DNA of 64,000 nt from an uncultured Candidatus Saccharibacteria bacterium (GCA_964428845.1 CAYRZH010000005.1:1647-65646); one strand, 5' to 3'; counted from the first letter of the stretch, positions 20,241-30,183 are shown. The notes: generated by a model not told the origin, from the sequence alone. Numbers and translations: made by a program.

Positions 20241-20798
20241 ATGAAATTGCTTGATGAAGCTATCCTTTTTGCGGGCTCCCGAAGAGGGGCTCCGCTAAGT
20301 GATCTCGAGGTCACGCTCCTCGTCCTACTCATGGACAGGGTCAGGTGGCCGGTGCCGCAGCAGGTCTTCGAGGCCTGGGAGGGGAACTTCTACAACTGCG
20401 CTGTCGAGCTGGGTATCGGGAGGCCTGGGGAGGAAGAAGTCTTTCTCGTTCGCCGACCGAACACCGATCGGTATTACCCCGGTCAGTGGCATATGCCGGG
20501 GAAGGTCATTCTGCCGGGGATGAATATCCAAACCACTCTGGCGGCTCTCATTGACAATGAACTTGGTGGTGTGGATCTCGGACATATGACTCGGATCGAT
20601 ACATTCGAATTCTCGAAGGTTGATCGTCCGCGTGGTCAAGGTGTCTGTTTCCTGTTCCACGCTTCTGTGGATGTTGCGACCGCGGAACTGCTTCCCAACG
20701 GCCAGTTCTTCCCGGTTGACCAACTGCCGGAACCAATGATCGGCCACCACATCCCCATGATCAGAAGGCTGTTCTACGGTCGAGGCATCTCGCTCTAG
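20241..20798 (+). CDS. Nudix-fold hydrolase, GDP-mannose mannosyl hydrolase (Gmm/WcaH)-like, degenerate Nudix box
   Basis: VELGI..VFLVRR..PGQWHMPGKVI..ELG..RGQGV..FFPVDQLP..IGHH; GC-rich relative to flanks. Confidence 0.7.
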   Translation: MKLLDEAILFAGSRRGAPLSDLEVTLLVLLMDRVRWPVPQQVFEAWEGNFYNCAVELGIGRPGEEEVFLVRRPNTDRYYPGQWHMPGKVILPGMNIQTTLAALIDNELGGVDLGHMTRIDTFEFSKVDRPRGQGVCFLFHASVDVATAELLPNGQFFPVDQLPEPMIGHHIPMIRRLFYGRGISL

Positions 20799-20815
20799 GA
20801 CCAGCACTCATACCC

Positions 20816-20850
20816 CCCCCGACCGCGCATGCGCGGTCGGGGGTTATTTT
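20816..20850. terminator. Perfect 28-bp palindrome; probable terminator between convergent genes
   Basis: CCCCCGACCGCGCATGCGCGGTCGGGGG (20816-20843) followed by TTATTTT. Confidence 0.8.
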
Positions 20851-21941
20851 TTTAGAAACAAACTTATTTGCTCACAAACATAGTCCACCTCTTCATCCTT
20901 TAGATATGGGTGTATTGGGAGGGATAAGATGTGATTTACTTTTTCCTCTACCACAGGGAGATTTAGTGAATTGTATTCAGCAAAACATTTCTGTTTATGA
21001 ATCGGAATAGGGTAGTGAATGAGGGTGCCTATCTCTTTTTCTTTGAGAAACGATTGGAGTCCGTCGCGATTTTCTGCTTCTATTACAAACAAATGATTTA
21101 CATGCCCCACATCTTTTCTAAGACCGGGCAATATAATCCCCCGAACACTCTGTAGACCTTCCAAATACTTCTCGGCTATTCTCACTCGGCGCTCATTGTT
21201 TTGATCCAACGTTTTTAGTTTTTCCGACAAAATTGTCGCTTGTAATTCGTCGAGTCGGCTATTTATACCGCGGACCTCATGCTCGTATCTGTTTTTCTGC
21301 CCATAATTGCGTAAAGAAATACATTTTTCTGCGAGTGAAGCATCATTTGTGGTTATAAGTCCTCCGTCGCCGACTCCGCCTAAGTTTTTTGTCGGATAAA
21401 AACTAAAACAGCCAAAAACTCCAAATGATCCGACTTTTTTACCTTTAAACTCTGCTCCGTGTGCTTGAGCGCAATCTTCTACCATATGCAGGTTATGTTT
21501 TTTTGATATATCCAATAAAGAGTCCATGTCTGCGGGCTGACCATACAAGTGGACAGGAATAATGGCGCGTGTTCTTGAAGTTATCTTTTCTTCTATCTTT
21601 TTGACATCAATGTGGTAGAAATCATCAATATCGACAAAAACAGGTATTGCTCCTACTGCCGATATGGAGAGTGCCGTCGCGACTGCTGAAAGGGGTGTGG
21701 TGATGACTTCATCACCGGGACCAATCCCAAGAGCAAGAAGAGCAATCTGGAGAGCTTCCAACCCGTTAGCAACGCCAACTGCATGTTTTGTGTCGATGTA
21801 CCCGGCAAAATCTGTCTCAAACTTTTTAACCTCTGGACCAAGCACATAATGTCCAGATTCAAAAACCCTCTGCATTGCCGCGAGGATATCCCTTTTTTCT
21901 TCAGCGCTTTGGCCGTTTAGTATATTGAATGAAATCTTCAT
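20844..21941 (-). CDS. fdtB: DegT/DnrJ/EryC1/StrS PLP aminotransferase (FdtB/QdtB-like)
   Basis: VANGLEAL, VHLYGQ, EDCAQAHG, SFYPTKNLG, NSRLDELQA; adjacent to a sugar 3,4-ketoisomerase. Confidence 0.85.
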   Translation of the reverse strand: MKISFNILNGQSAEEKRDILAAMQRVFESGHYVLGPEVKKFETDFAGYIDTKHAVGVANGLEALQIALLALGIGPGDEVITTPLSAVATALSISAVGAIPVFVDIDDFYHIDVKKIEEKITSRTRAIIPVHLYGQPADMDSLLDISKKHNLHMVEDCAQAHGAEFKGKKVGSFGVFGCFSFYPTKNLGGVGDGGLITTNDASLAEKCISLRNYGQKNRYEHEVRGINSRLDELQATILSEKLKTLDQNNERRVRIAEKYLEGLQSVRGIILPGLRKDVGHVNHLFVIEAENRDGLQSFLKEKEIGTLIHYPIPIHKQKCFAEYNSLNLPVVEEKVNHILSLPIHPYLKDEEVDYVCEQISLFLKK

Positions 21942-22326
21942 AATTTCTAATGTAATCTTTCTCGTCGTATTCTTGGTCGGCCAAAACCAGGAGGGAAGTC
22001 CCTGGCTTAAAGCTGTGCATGACGTGCCATACATACGGGAAAAGCCACAGTCCTTCGTTATTTTTGTTTAATACGACGCTCGTTTTGTTTTTTCCGTCGT
22101 CGAGATCTACTATGCATTCTCCCGTGGTGCAGATCAAGATTTGGTTTGTGAGGTGGTGGGTGTGACCTCCGCGCTTATCGGCGTCTTTCATGCCAGTAAT
22201 AGAAAGCACCTTCTTTATTGGGAAAGGTATACTACCTTCTTTTGCCGGTTGGTCTGCTTGAAGCATACAGAGAGTGCCATTTTTAGTATCGAAGGAAGGG
22301 AATTGTATCAGTTTAAGGGGGGGCAT
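21901..22326 (-). CDS. fdtA: dTDP-4-keto-6-deoxyglucose 3,4-ketoisomerase (FdtA/QdtA/WxcM-like cupin)
   Basis: PFPIKKV, RGGHTH, WHVM, YDEKDYIRNY. Confidence 0.88.
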   Translation of the reverse strand: MPPLKLIQFPSFDTKNGTLCMLQADQPAKEGSIPFPIKKVLSITGMKDADKRGGHTHHLTNQILICTTGECIVDLDDGKNKTSVVLNKNNEGLWLFPYVWHVMHSFKPGTSLLVLADQEYDEKDYIRNYEDFIQYTKRPKR

Positions 22327-22347
22327 AATTTGTGCAGTAGACTTTAA

Positions 22348-23358
22348 TTATATACCAAACACTCGATCGAGCCCCAGCATCTTTAACAACCTCTTTTTTC
22401 TACCAGGTGGCATGTTTCGAGTACGTTCCTCATTCAATCGTCTGCAGATGGGCAAGTATTCATCGAGTGTCATTTTTGGCTTCCAGCCAAGTGCCCGTAT
22501 TTTTGTCGCGTCAAGCGAATATCTCACGTCCTGACCGGGTCTATTTTCCCCATGCTCATAAAAATTTTCATCTTTCCCCATGACTCTTAGTACCTTTTTT
22601 ATAACCTCTAAATTGGTCAGTTCTTCATTTCGAGTGATATTGTAAATTTCACCATCAGCTCCCTTTTCCATAATCAAAAGTATCGCCGAACAATTGTCTT
22701 CAGTATAAATCCAGTCGCGTGTGTATGAGCCATCTCCATCAACTATAGCCCTTTGTCCTTTAATAGCCCGCTTCATTACCCTAGGGATGAGTTTTTCGGG
22801 GCGCTGACCGTAGCCATAGTTGTTGGAACTTCGACAAATTCTCCATCGTAGGCCGTAGGTACGACCCCATCCCATGACGAGTTGGTCGGCAGCGGCCTTT
22901 GTCGCTGAGTAAGGATTTGAAGGTGTCAGTCTGTCTGTTTCCTTAAAAGACCCTTCTAGTATGTCCCCATAAACCTCATCTGTTGAAATCTGAACAAATA
23001 CTGGACGTTTTTCCTCGGGCATTCTCCGCACAAGCTCAAGAAGGTTATATACACCCTGCACATTGCTCTTGAAGAAGGCAAGATTGTCTTTGATCGAATT
23101 AACCACATGTGACTCGGCTGCAAAGTTTACAATCCAGGCTACACCTTCAGGTAATTCCTTTAAGTCGCAAATATCCTTCTTTATAAAACTATAATTTGGG
23201 AAACGCTCAAAGTTGGTGTCTTCCCTTATGGCATAGGTCATTTTGTCTACGTTTATGACAAAAAATCCTTTTTTTAAAACCATTTCTACAAAAGCGCTTC
23301 CGATAAAGCCAAGGCCGCCGGTTACCAGTATTTTTTTAGGATTGCTTACGTCTGCCAT
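22348..23358 (-). CDS. rfbB: dTDP-glucose 4,6-dehydratase
   Basis: VTGGLGFIGS, DKMTYA, FAAESHV, STDEVYG, YSATK, NNYG, RPGQDVRY. Confidence 0.92.
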   Translation of the reverse strand: MADVSNPKKILVTGGLGFIGSAFVEMVLKKGFFVINVDKMTYAIREDTNFERFPNYSFIKKDICDLKELPEGVAWIVNFAAESHVVNSIKDNLAFFKSNVQGVYNLLELVRRMPEEKRPVFVQISTDEVYGDILEGSFKETDRLTPSNPYSATKAAADQLVMGWGRTYGLRWRICRSSNNYGYGQRPEKLIPRVMKRAIKGQRAIVDGDGSYTRDWIYTEDNCSAILLIMEKGADGEIYNITRNEELTNLEVIKKVLRVMGKDENFYEHGENRPGQDVRYSLDATKIRALGWKPKMTLDEYLPICRRLNEERTRNMPPGRKKRLLKMLGLDRVFGI

Positions 23359-23362
23359 TTTA

Positions 23363-24316
23363 TTATCTAGTCGCTCGAAGGACTATATACTGCTTGATTA
23401 CTCGTAATATATCAAGTTTCTTAACACACCCATAGGTCCAAGATGAATCGATTGCCCGGACACGATCATAGGCTTTTTGCAGGGCTCTCACATATAACCG
23501 ATAAATCGTCCGGTCGAATATCGAGACCGGGTAGGGACGGATTTTTCCACCTGATGTCATGTAAATTTTAAGACCGTGGAAGTGGTATAGGATAAGGGGA
23601 AATTTTTTATTGGAAATTTTTTCGGTCCCTTCGATCTTGCCACCTTTTTTTACGTCAAACTTAAAACGGTCTGTATTCCACGAAGCTACATCCACACCAG
23701 GGTCTGTAAGTACGAAGACTTTTTTAAATCGTGTTGGCCAGTCATTTAAATATAACTGGTCGCCAAACTTTCCGTCTTCATATCGATTGTAGCACCACTC
23801 TATACACCTGTCTTTCCACCATCTTAAACACTCCAAACCACACTCGTCGTTTCTAAAAATCATCATTCCAACATTATATTTACCACTCGTCTTCTCGCGC
23901 TCTTTATGTTTCTCGGAAAATGCGTGGGGGATTATCATTATCGAATTGTTACCAAATTGGTGGTAAATATCATCAACTGGTGCGTAAAAGTACATATCAA
24001 CATCAACATAAGTGACAGTGTCCATACTCGGATTTTTTTCGAGGATATAGAGAGGTAAGCATGAGCTAAACATCCAACAATATTCTGCCGTTGTTCGACC
24101 GGGTTTTACCGCAAGCATTCGGTCATCTTCAACATCAGATAGTTTCAGTAGTTTTGTTCTATCTAAATTTAGTTTTTGGAGCATCGAGTGGCTTTCGTTG
24201 TCCATACAGAGCATCCAGAGGACAAAATCTGGGCATTGTTCCGTTAGGGAACGATGGAGAGCTACCGCCCGGGTCAAAAAGCCCTTATCAAAAACCGCGC
24301 AGAAGTTATACATCAT
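23363..24316 (-). CDS. GT-A fold glycosyltransferase (GT8-like)
   Basis: YVDVD (DxD), GKYNVG, WWKDRCIEWC, GDQLYLNDWP, YHFHG. Confidence 0.78.
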   Translation of the reverse strand: MMYNFCAVFDKGFLTRAVALHRSLTEQCPDFVLWMLCMDNESHSMLQKLNLDRTKLLKLSDVEDDRMLAVKPGRTTAEYCWMFSSCLPLYILEKNPSMDTVTYVDVDMYFYAPVDDIYHQFGNNSIMIIPHAFSEKHKEREKTSGKYNVGMMIFRNDECGLECLRWWKDRCIEWCYNRYEDGKFGDQLYLNDWPTRFKKVFVLTDPGVDVASWNTDRFKFDVKKGGKIEGTEKISNKKFPLILYHFHGLKIYMTSGGKIRPYPVSIFDRTIYRLYVRALQKAYDRVRAIDSSWTYGCVKKLDILRVIKQYIVLRATR

Positions 24317-24350
24317 TTCAAAATACTATCATTTTTGACTTTTATGCACA

Positions 24351-24376
24351 AAAAAACGGCCCCGAAGGCGGGGCCG
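24351..24376 (-). terminator. Intrinsic terminator of Nudix unit B
   Basis: CGGCCCCG-aagg-CGGGGCCG (24357-24376) with an adjacent A tract, which is a U tract on the minus strand. Confidence 0.85.
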
Positions 24377-24416
24377 CTGTGTTCTTCTCTGTCTTCACTC
24401 TGTCCGACTGGTCCGG

Positions 24417-25103
24417 TCACCGGCCGACAGGCTTCCATCCACCGCGCACATCGGCGAAGGATGGGCGATGAGGATCGAGAACCCATTGGAGCAGGTAACA
24501 GTTGTGGTCGACGATTCGCGGGTCCCCTCGCCTCACTTCATCCGGGGTGAAGATTGTCCACTCACCCTCGAAACCCTCCACGTCCACCACAGAGACCTTC
24601 CTGCGGTGCATGATTGTCGCGCAAGCGCAACGTCTTTCGGGTTCGTCGTGGATCGTCACACCGAGGAACTGGATACCCGGTCTCATGGGGAGGAGATCAT
24701 CTCCGGCGTCACGGAAATCCCTTTCCAGGGCGCTTGCTGGCGTATCGAATCTTCGGATAACTGTGCACGGGCTGTGGTACAGCCCGGCCCACGCGTCGCC
24801 GACCTCGGTCGCCGGATCGCGAAGCTTCAGGGCAAATCCCAGAAACTCGTTACCCTTCCACACTTCATGAACGATCTGAACCGAAGCGCAGAATCCTGCC
24901 ATGCCGACGAGAAGTTCGAAGACCTCTTTCGGCACGCCGCCCATCGTTGTACTCCTGCTTCCATGCCGGGCCCGTTCGGTCAGCTCTGCGATGTGGGAGA
25001 TGATTGGGGCGAGCTCCACGAGCGGAATGTCCCTGATCATCCCCAGGGCACTAAGCGCCAGGGACTGGTGAGAGCTGTCTCGCGTCTGCGCAATCGTCTT
25101 CAT
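24417..25103 (-). CDS. Highly divergent Nudix-fold (Gmm-like) protein
   Basis: VPKEVFE, LYHSPCTVIR, IVDHN resemble the motifs of 20241-20798; SD GAAAGGG; GC-rich. Confidence 0.6.
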   Translation of the reverse strand: MKTIAQTRDSSHQSLALSALGMIRDIPLVELAPIISHIAELTERARHGSRSTTMGGVPKEVFELLVGMAGFCASVQIVHEVWKGNEFLGFALKLRDPATEVGDAWAGLYHSPCTVIRRFDTPASALERDFRDAGDDLLPMRPGIQFLGVTIHDEPERRCACATIMHRRKVSVVDVEGFEGEWTIFTPDEVRRGDPRIVDHNCYLLQWVLDPHRPSFADVRGGWKPVGR

Positions 25104-25166
25104 GGCAACCCTTTCTTTGGTTGGTTGTGTTCGGGGCGAAAACCACGGGAACTCCTATCTTCCTGT

Positions 25167-25195
25167 ATTATAGTACTTCTATTGACTATTGTCAA
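25167..25195 (-). promoter_or_regulatory. Consensus sigma70 promoter
   Basis: TTGACA (25195-25190), 17 nt spacer, TATAAT (25172-25167). Confidence 0.88.
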
Positions 25196-25211
25196 ATGAC
25201 CTAAAATTGTT

Positions 25212-25937
25212 CTAAGATTTCCGTGCCAAAACCACGTTATCCATATACAAATCCTGGTTTGCCGGCAAGATTTTTGAAAGCACAATTCCTAAAATCGTGA
25301 AAGGTGAAATGAGTAAAACATACCAAAATACTCGAAGCCAGTATGACTGAATCCATTCAAGTCTTTTGTGAATAAAGCAAGCGACAAGCTGAAATATGAC
25401 GCGAACGTCCGACGCAGTTTTTATATGTCTTTCAATTTTAAAACCACTTTTTCTTAGGAGGTGTGCGAGACCAAAAGATGAGTATCTTGCATAATCGTGG
25501 GGCTTTTCGTGCTCGTCCCAAACGAAAGGCACGGTGAGAAGAAGAGCACCTCCAGGCATCGTTACTCGCGCTACCTCTTTCAAGAACTGATCAGGATTAA
25601 AAACATGTTCCAATACTTGAGTGGCAATAACAGAATCGAAGGAGTTATTCTCAAAAGGAAATTTCTCGCCACTGTACCAGGTATCAATCCTCTTGAAGCG
25701 AGCGCGATTTTCTGGCGAGTCAAATTCCATGCCGATATAAGGTGAAACATGGGTAAAAATCTTCTCGTAAGGCCGCTCGCCACAGCCGACATCAAGCGTT
25801 TTCCCGTGGATTTCTGCACCAAGACACTACCTGGCCCTTCGTAGCTCTCGCCGAACCAAATAGAAGGGATTGATAAAGATACCCAATAATCCCGGGTTAA
25901 AATATTGGTCGCGAATATATGATTTTATGCCAGTCAT
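25212..25937 (-). pseudogene. Class I SAM methyltransferase with an in-frame TAG at codon 37
   Basis: Frame from ATG 25937 reads MTGIKSYIRDQYFNPGLLGIFINPFYLVRRELRRAR*CLGAEIHGKTLDVGCGERPY and continues in frame into the 25730 ORF (QVLEHV, PFVWDEHEKPHDYARY). Confidence 0.75.
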
Positions 25938-25941
25938 CGGA

Positions 25942-26757
25942 TTATTTCTTTGAAAAAGTAAAATGCCTCAAAGGAACCAAGTTTTCTGTTCCATTATAAG
26001 ACATCGTATCCTGGTTGTACTCAACAATTGTACTGTAACCGTTCCTCTCAAAGAACTCTTTTAATTTAGTAGAATTCAAAATCCATGCCGAATATGAAGC
26101 GTCATATATTCTCGGTGACACTTTTTGGATTGTCAGGCAATCATTTTCATCCCAGAGAGGGGTCCTATCAAATACAACTGATTCAAACCTACTCGAAACA
26201 ACTTTCGTGAGTAGTTCGTATGGATTTTCGATGTACTGGATAGCGCTTGAAGCTAAAAATACTTGTGGTCGAATCTCCCTCAAACCTTCTTCGAGCGAGT
26301 CTCGAAACAAAAGTTGTTCATTTTGAAAATATTGTCTACCGTGTTCGGAGAGTTTTTTTTGCTCCACGATAACCCACCGGAGATTCTTCAAATATTTGAA
26401 GAATTCGATATTTTGAAAATAGACACTTCCAAAAGCCCCACCGAAATCAAGAACATTCAAATTATTTTCATGACGTGAGGCGGACCAGAGAAGTGTCGCT
26501 ACTACTGGCCATGAATATTTTTTAGTATCAAAAGTAACTCCATCGCGTTCAGAGACAGCCAACCCCCCCTTTACCTTACGAGCTGCTTCCTTTACCTTTT
26601 CAAAAATAATGGGGGAGTCGTATCCGTCTGAATCAGCCAGCGCTTCTTTCCAGCTCGCATAATTTCCGAAAAATCCGTATTCTGTCGGTTTCTTCCAAAC
26701 ATTAATAATGATTGGTGGAAGTATATTTTTCAAAACACCTTTAATTTTTTGTTTCAT
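25942..26757 (-). CDS. Putative methyltransferase (TIGR04325-like)
   Basis: GYDS, ERDGV, VLDFGGAFG, SSAIQY, FDRTP. Confidence 0.82.
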   Translation of the reverse strand: MKQKIKGVLKNILPPIIINVWKKPTEYGFFGNYASWKEALADSDGYDSPIIFEKVKEAARKVKGGLAVSERDGVTFDTKKYSWPVVATLLWSASRHENNLNVLDFGGAFGSVYFQNIEFFKYLKNLRWVIVEQKKLSEHGRQYFQNEQLLFRDSLEEGLREIRPQVFLASSAIQYIENPYELLTKVVSSRFESVVFDRTPLWDENDCLTIQKVSPRIYDASYSAWILNSTKLKEFFERNGYSTIVEYNQDTMSYNGTENLVPLRHFTFSKK

Positions 26758-27502
26758 GTATTGAGTGTGGCCAACCGGGTGTAAAAGGAAGTTCCCGGTC
26801 GCTCGCCCAAAAATAAAGATTATGCCGATCTGGGTATATGGTTTCAAAAATAGTTACCTTTTTGAAGTGTGGAGAAAAGAAACGCATTAGGTCTTCTTTA
26901 TTTTTAAATTCGTATTCATGATGAGATAGTGATTTCTGGCCATTGTTTTTCTCGACGATTGTATATCCACTTAAGATTCCATTTTTCTTCAACCGAAGTT
27001 TTATCTCTTTAATAATTTTTTCTATTTCGATTGGAGTGAAGTGTTCAATCGCTGCATCCCAAATCACATTATCAAAATTACCAGTAGGCATGTTGTTCCT
27101 AATATCTGCCAAGATAAATCGAACGTTTGGCGCTCGATTTATTTTGTTGGCGGTTTGAATGGCTTTTTTATCGAAATCGCATGCAATAACACTCCGTGAT
27201 TTCAAGCTGTAAAAATTTCTTGCGTTGAACCCGTCTCCGCATGCGAGTTCTAACACATCTCCGCCTTCGATCGTTAGATTGCCAAAAACCCCCCTCTCTA
27301 CCCAAAAAGGGTTTCTTGTCCGGAGCCATTTGTAATAGAGATCAATTTGATGATCAAAATGTTCCGGTTGTGGAGGTAGAGACCACTCCACCCATTTTAG
27401 TCTTTTGTGCGCTGAGGAAACCCAAATAGACGATAGCAGGCATTCGACCTGGGACAGAGGTTCCAGTATCTTTTTCGTTGCTTTTTTGAGGGCATTTTTC
27501 AT
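26741..27502 (-). CDS. Class I SAM-dependent methyltransferase
   Basis: VLELACGDG, AIEHF. Confidence 0.85.
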   Translation of the reverse strand: MKNALKKATKKILEPLSQVECLLSSIWVSSAHKRLKWVEWSLPPQPEHFDHQIDLYYKWLRTRNPFWVERGVFGNLTIEGGDVLELACGDGFNARNFYSLKSRSVIACDFDKKAIQTANKINRAPNVRFILADIRNNMPTGNFDNVIWDAAIEHFTPIEIEKIIKEIKLRLKKNGILSGYTIVEKNNGQKSLSHHEYEFKNKEDLMRFFSPHFKKVTIFETIYPDRHNLYFWASDRELPFTPGWPHSIHETKN

Positions 27503-27505
27503 GTT

Positions 27506-28396
27506 TTAGTGTCGGATTATTTTCCTTATGATTCTTTGGAGTAAGCTAGTTTTCAGAGACCTTAGCTCGTCTATAATAATCTTCTTTGCCCGCACATTTT
27601 CTTCAATCCGGATTGGCTTTATGTCTATCTGACGTTCAGCCACAGCTTTTTTAAAACTGTTCGAATTTCCACCATGAGTGCCACTGCCATCCCTACCTAT
27701 ATTTTCTATAAGTGATGTTCCCGGGTAGAGAGTCAATACTCCTGCCAGAAATGTGGATGCATACCAAAGTATGGCCCAAGAATCATTCTGTCCCTGGATT
27801 TGCCTTTTCAACATCCCAGAAAAATCATAAGTTCCATCAAAGTCGAATTCGCGCAACAATTTCTCTTTTTCTAGCTTTTTTAGAAGTTTTTTCCCATCCT
27901 GTTCGAACAATTTCCATCCTCTTTTCCATGTTGCCCAGCCCCAGCAGTCTGATCCTCTCAAAAAAAATGTCTCAGGCAGAGCCTTTTTGACTGGGTAGAC
28001 ATAGCCATGAATTGATACAACCCTATTTTCGTTCTCGTACAGGGTCAAAGCATCGTTCATATACTTCAGAAAGTAAGGCGAAGTAAGCAAATCGTCTTCA
28101 AGTACGATTACGCTCCCATATTTGTTTACAATATCGGTGACTCCAGTAATGATCGATCTTGCCAGACCCAAATTTTCACTTCGTTCTATTACGTTAACAT
28201 TTTTGAAACCGGAGACCGTCTTGATAAGATTTCGCACTTCTGCCACCCCCTTTTTTGATTCTTCGTTTTTTGCGCCATCTGAAAAAATAAAAAGATCACT
28301 CTCCTTTGCCAATGTATTTCTTTGCAGGGCTTCGACGGTCCTTTTGGTATGCTCTGGCCGGTTATAGACAAACAAGGTTATAGGGGCGAGCTTCAT
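27506..28396 (-). CDS. GT-A glycosyltransferase (GT2-like)
   Basis: LFVYNRPEHT, FSDG, NLGLARSI, VLEDD, CWGWATW, NIGRDGSGTH. Confidence 0.88.
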   Translation of the reverse strand: MKLAPITLFVYNRPEHTKRTVEALQRNTLAKESDLFIFSDGAKNEESKKGVAEVRNLIKTVSGFKNVNVIERSENLGLARSIITGVTDIVNKYGSVIVLEDDLLTSPYFLKYMNDALTLYENENRVVSIHGYVYPVKKALPETFFLRGSDCWGWATWKRGWKLFEQDGKKLLKKLEKEKLLREFDFDGTYDFSGMLKRQIQGQNDSWAILWYASTFLAGVLTLYPGTSLIENIGRDGSGTHGGNSNSFKKAVAERQIDIKPIRIEENVRAKKIIIDELRSLKTSLLQRIIRKIIRH

Positions 28397-28437
28397 ATTT
28401 GTGCATCGTAACACACGAATAGTCACTTAACAAAAAT

Positions 28438-30171
28438 CTATTCTATAACCCGTTTCAGATTATATTCTAGGTTATATGGCCTAATAGTATTTTCTCTGAC
28501 AGTCTTGTGTTTGAAAAGAGCTTTGTAAAGTTTTTGCACTTCTGCTCGGATAGCAAGATTTTCTTCTATTTCCGTCGCTTGGTCTGCCAAAATATCTTCC
28601 GTATTGACAAGTGTTTTTGATGATCGGATGAGCATTCTTTCTACACCAGAGATATCGATTTGCTTGCCGAACTGATTTTGAGATTCGATTCGCAACCTTC
28701 TTGAGCGTCTAACACCGCTAAGAAAATGGCGAATTTTACTCGGGATCAGGTAATACAAAAAAATTTTTTTAGTCAGCAGCGGACCATGTCCTTTTGTTTG
28801 TACTGATTCACCTTCTCTTTCCCGCAATCTCATGATCGTTCGGTAGTAGTAAAGCGCCATCCAACGAAACGTTTTTTTCATTCTTTCGTAACCCCACCCA
28901 TCCTGTAGTGCTTGTTCGATTTTTTCGAAATAATCTGCCCGATTTTGCGCGAGATAGTTCAAATCTGGAGGATATGAGATAAGTTCGCTCGAGTAAATCA
29001 CCACAGGAATTCCGAGCAGACTCATCTCTGCACCAGCAGAAGACCAACCGTTCAAAAATAAATCTGCTTCAGTCGCCAGATCATAAAGAGAGATATTGTC
29101 AGCCGGCCAGTTTATCTTCACATTGTCTGGCAGTCCCTTGAGGATGTGCTCAAGCATTTTGGCATGGTCTGATTTCATACCGTCACGTTTGTTTGGAAAT
29201 TCACGTGGGTGAACGCGAATAATCAGAAATAGCTCTGGTTTGTTTTTTATATAGTCGATCAGTGCCCCTATCCATTCCGCCTGTGAAGAAAAAATCAGAT
29301 TGTGTGGTTTGTCACGAGCTCCTGTATACTCTGCGGCGAATAACTCATCGTAACTACTCATTGTTGCAACGATAATTTTTTGCCTATCTCCAACATTGAA
29401 GAAAATTCTAATTCTTGTTGGCGTGTCACTTTTGGGGGACGAATAGACGAAGGGGTTTCGGGCTTCTAAAAGTGCCAGAAAATGTTCGGATACATATGAA
29501 AGCGCTTTTCCTGTTGTGGGGATTTCTTTTACTTGTGCCCAGATCGCTTTTAATTCATCAATGTATGGGGTAGTACTTCTTCTTGCAACTATGAGTGTGT
29601 TGGCCATATCGGACATATTTACTCCATGGTGAAGAAAGTATGTTGGAATTCCTTTTGATTCGGCGTATATCTCCCAAACTCTATTTACTGAATATAAATT
29701 ATTGTACATTATGATTCTGTCTGGTTTTTCTTTTTCACAAATAAGTCGACAGGCAAAATAAGAAACTAGAGTGTTTTTAATTTCTTCCTGACACTCGACC
29801 CATTCACTCTCATTTAAATGTCTCAAAGACATTTTTTTGGTCTTGATTAGAAACTCGTACATGGCAATCCTACCGATATCAATCCCGTCAACTTTCAAAT
29901 TTTCAAAATTGTCCTTCGTTAAACCATTCAGAAGTTTTTGTATTTCTTGTCTTTCTTTTTTTGTTAGAACATGACCGATTCCGTACCCTTTAAGGTGAAA
30001 TTCCTCTCTTAATATCTTTTCATTTTGGGTACTTGATTTTCTTACGAATTCTTTGCCAGGAGTGATATATAAGACGTCGTGGCCTCTTTTTAATAATGCG
30101 GAAGCAATAATTGCTTCCGCAAAAGCAAAAGTCCATATTGAGGAGTGTGATGAAAAAGATATTATTTTCAT
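28438..30171 (-). CDS. Capsule polysaccharide biosynthesis protein (KpsS/KpsC-like GT-B); candidate nonulosonate transferase
   Basis: IIRVHPRE (HP motif), SSAGAEMSLLGIPV; immediately downstream of pseI. Confidence 0.6.
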   Translation of the reverse strand: MKIISFSSHSSIWTFAFAEAIIASALLKRGHDVLYITPGKEFVRKSSTQNEKILREEFHLKGYGIGHVLTKKERQEIQKLLNGLTKDNFENLKVDGIDIGRIAMYEFLIKTKKMSLRHLNESEWVECQEEIKNTLVSYFACRLICEKEKPDRIIMYNNLYSVNRVWEIYAESKGIPTYFLHHGVNMSDMANTLIVARRSTTPYIDELKAIWAQVKEIPTTGKALSYVSEHFLALLEARNPFVYSSPKSDTPTRIRIFFNVGDRQKIIVATMSSYDELFAAEYTGARDKPHNLIFSSQAEWIGALIDYIKNKPELFLIIRVHPREFPNKRDGMKSDHAKMLEHILKGLPDNVKINWPADNISLYDLATEADLFLNGWSSAGAEMSLLGIPVVIYSSELISYPPDLNYLAQNRADYFEKIEQALQDGWGYERMKKTFRWMALYYYRTIMRLREREGESVQTKGHGPLLTKKIFLYYLIPSKIRHFLSGVRRSRRLRIESQNQFGKQIDISGVERMLIRSSKTLVNTEDILADQATEIEENLAIRAEVQKLYKALFKHKTVRENTIRPYNLEYNLKRVIE

Positions 30172-30183
30172 TCTTGGATCGAA

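Noticed and set aside
24468-25199. 243-aa plus-strand ORF
   Set aside because: Shadow of the minus-strand unit, which has a consensus promoter, SD and terminator.
25827-25829. Stop-codon recoding or pyrrolysine
   Set aside because: It is a single case; TAG and TGA terminate many genes in the window normally, and no pyl genes are visible.
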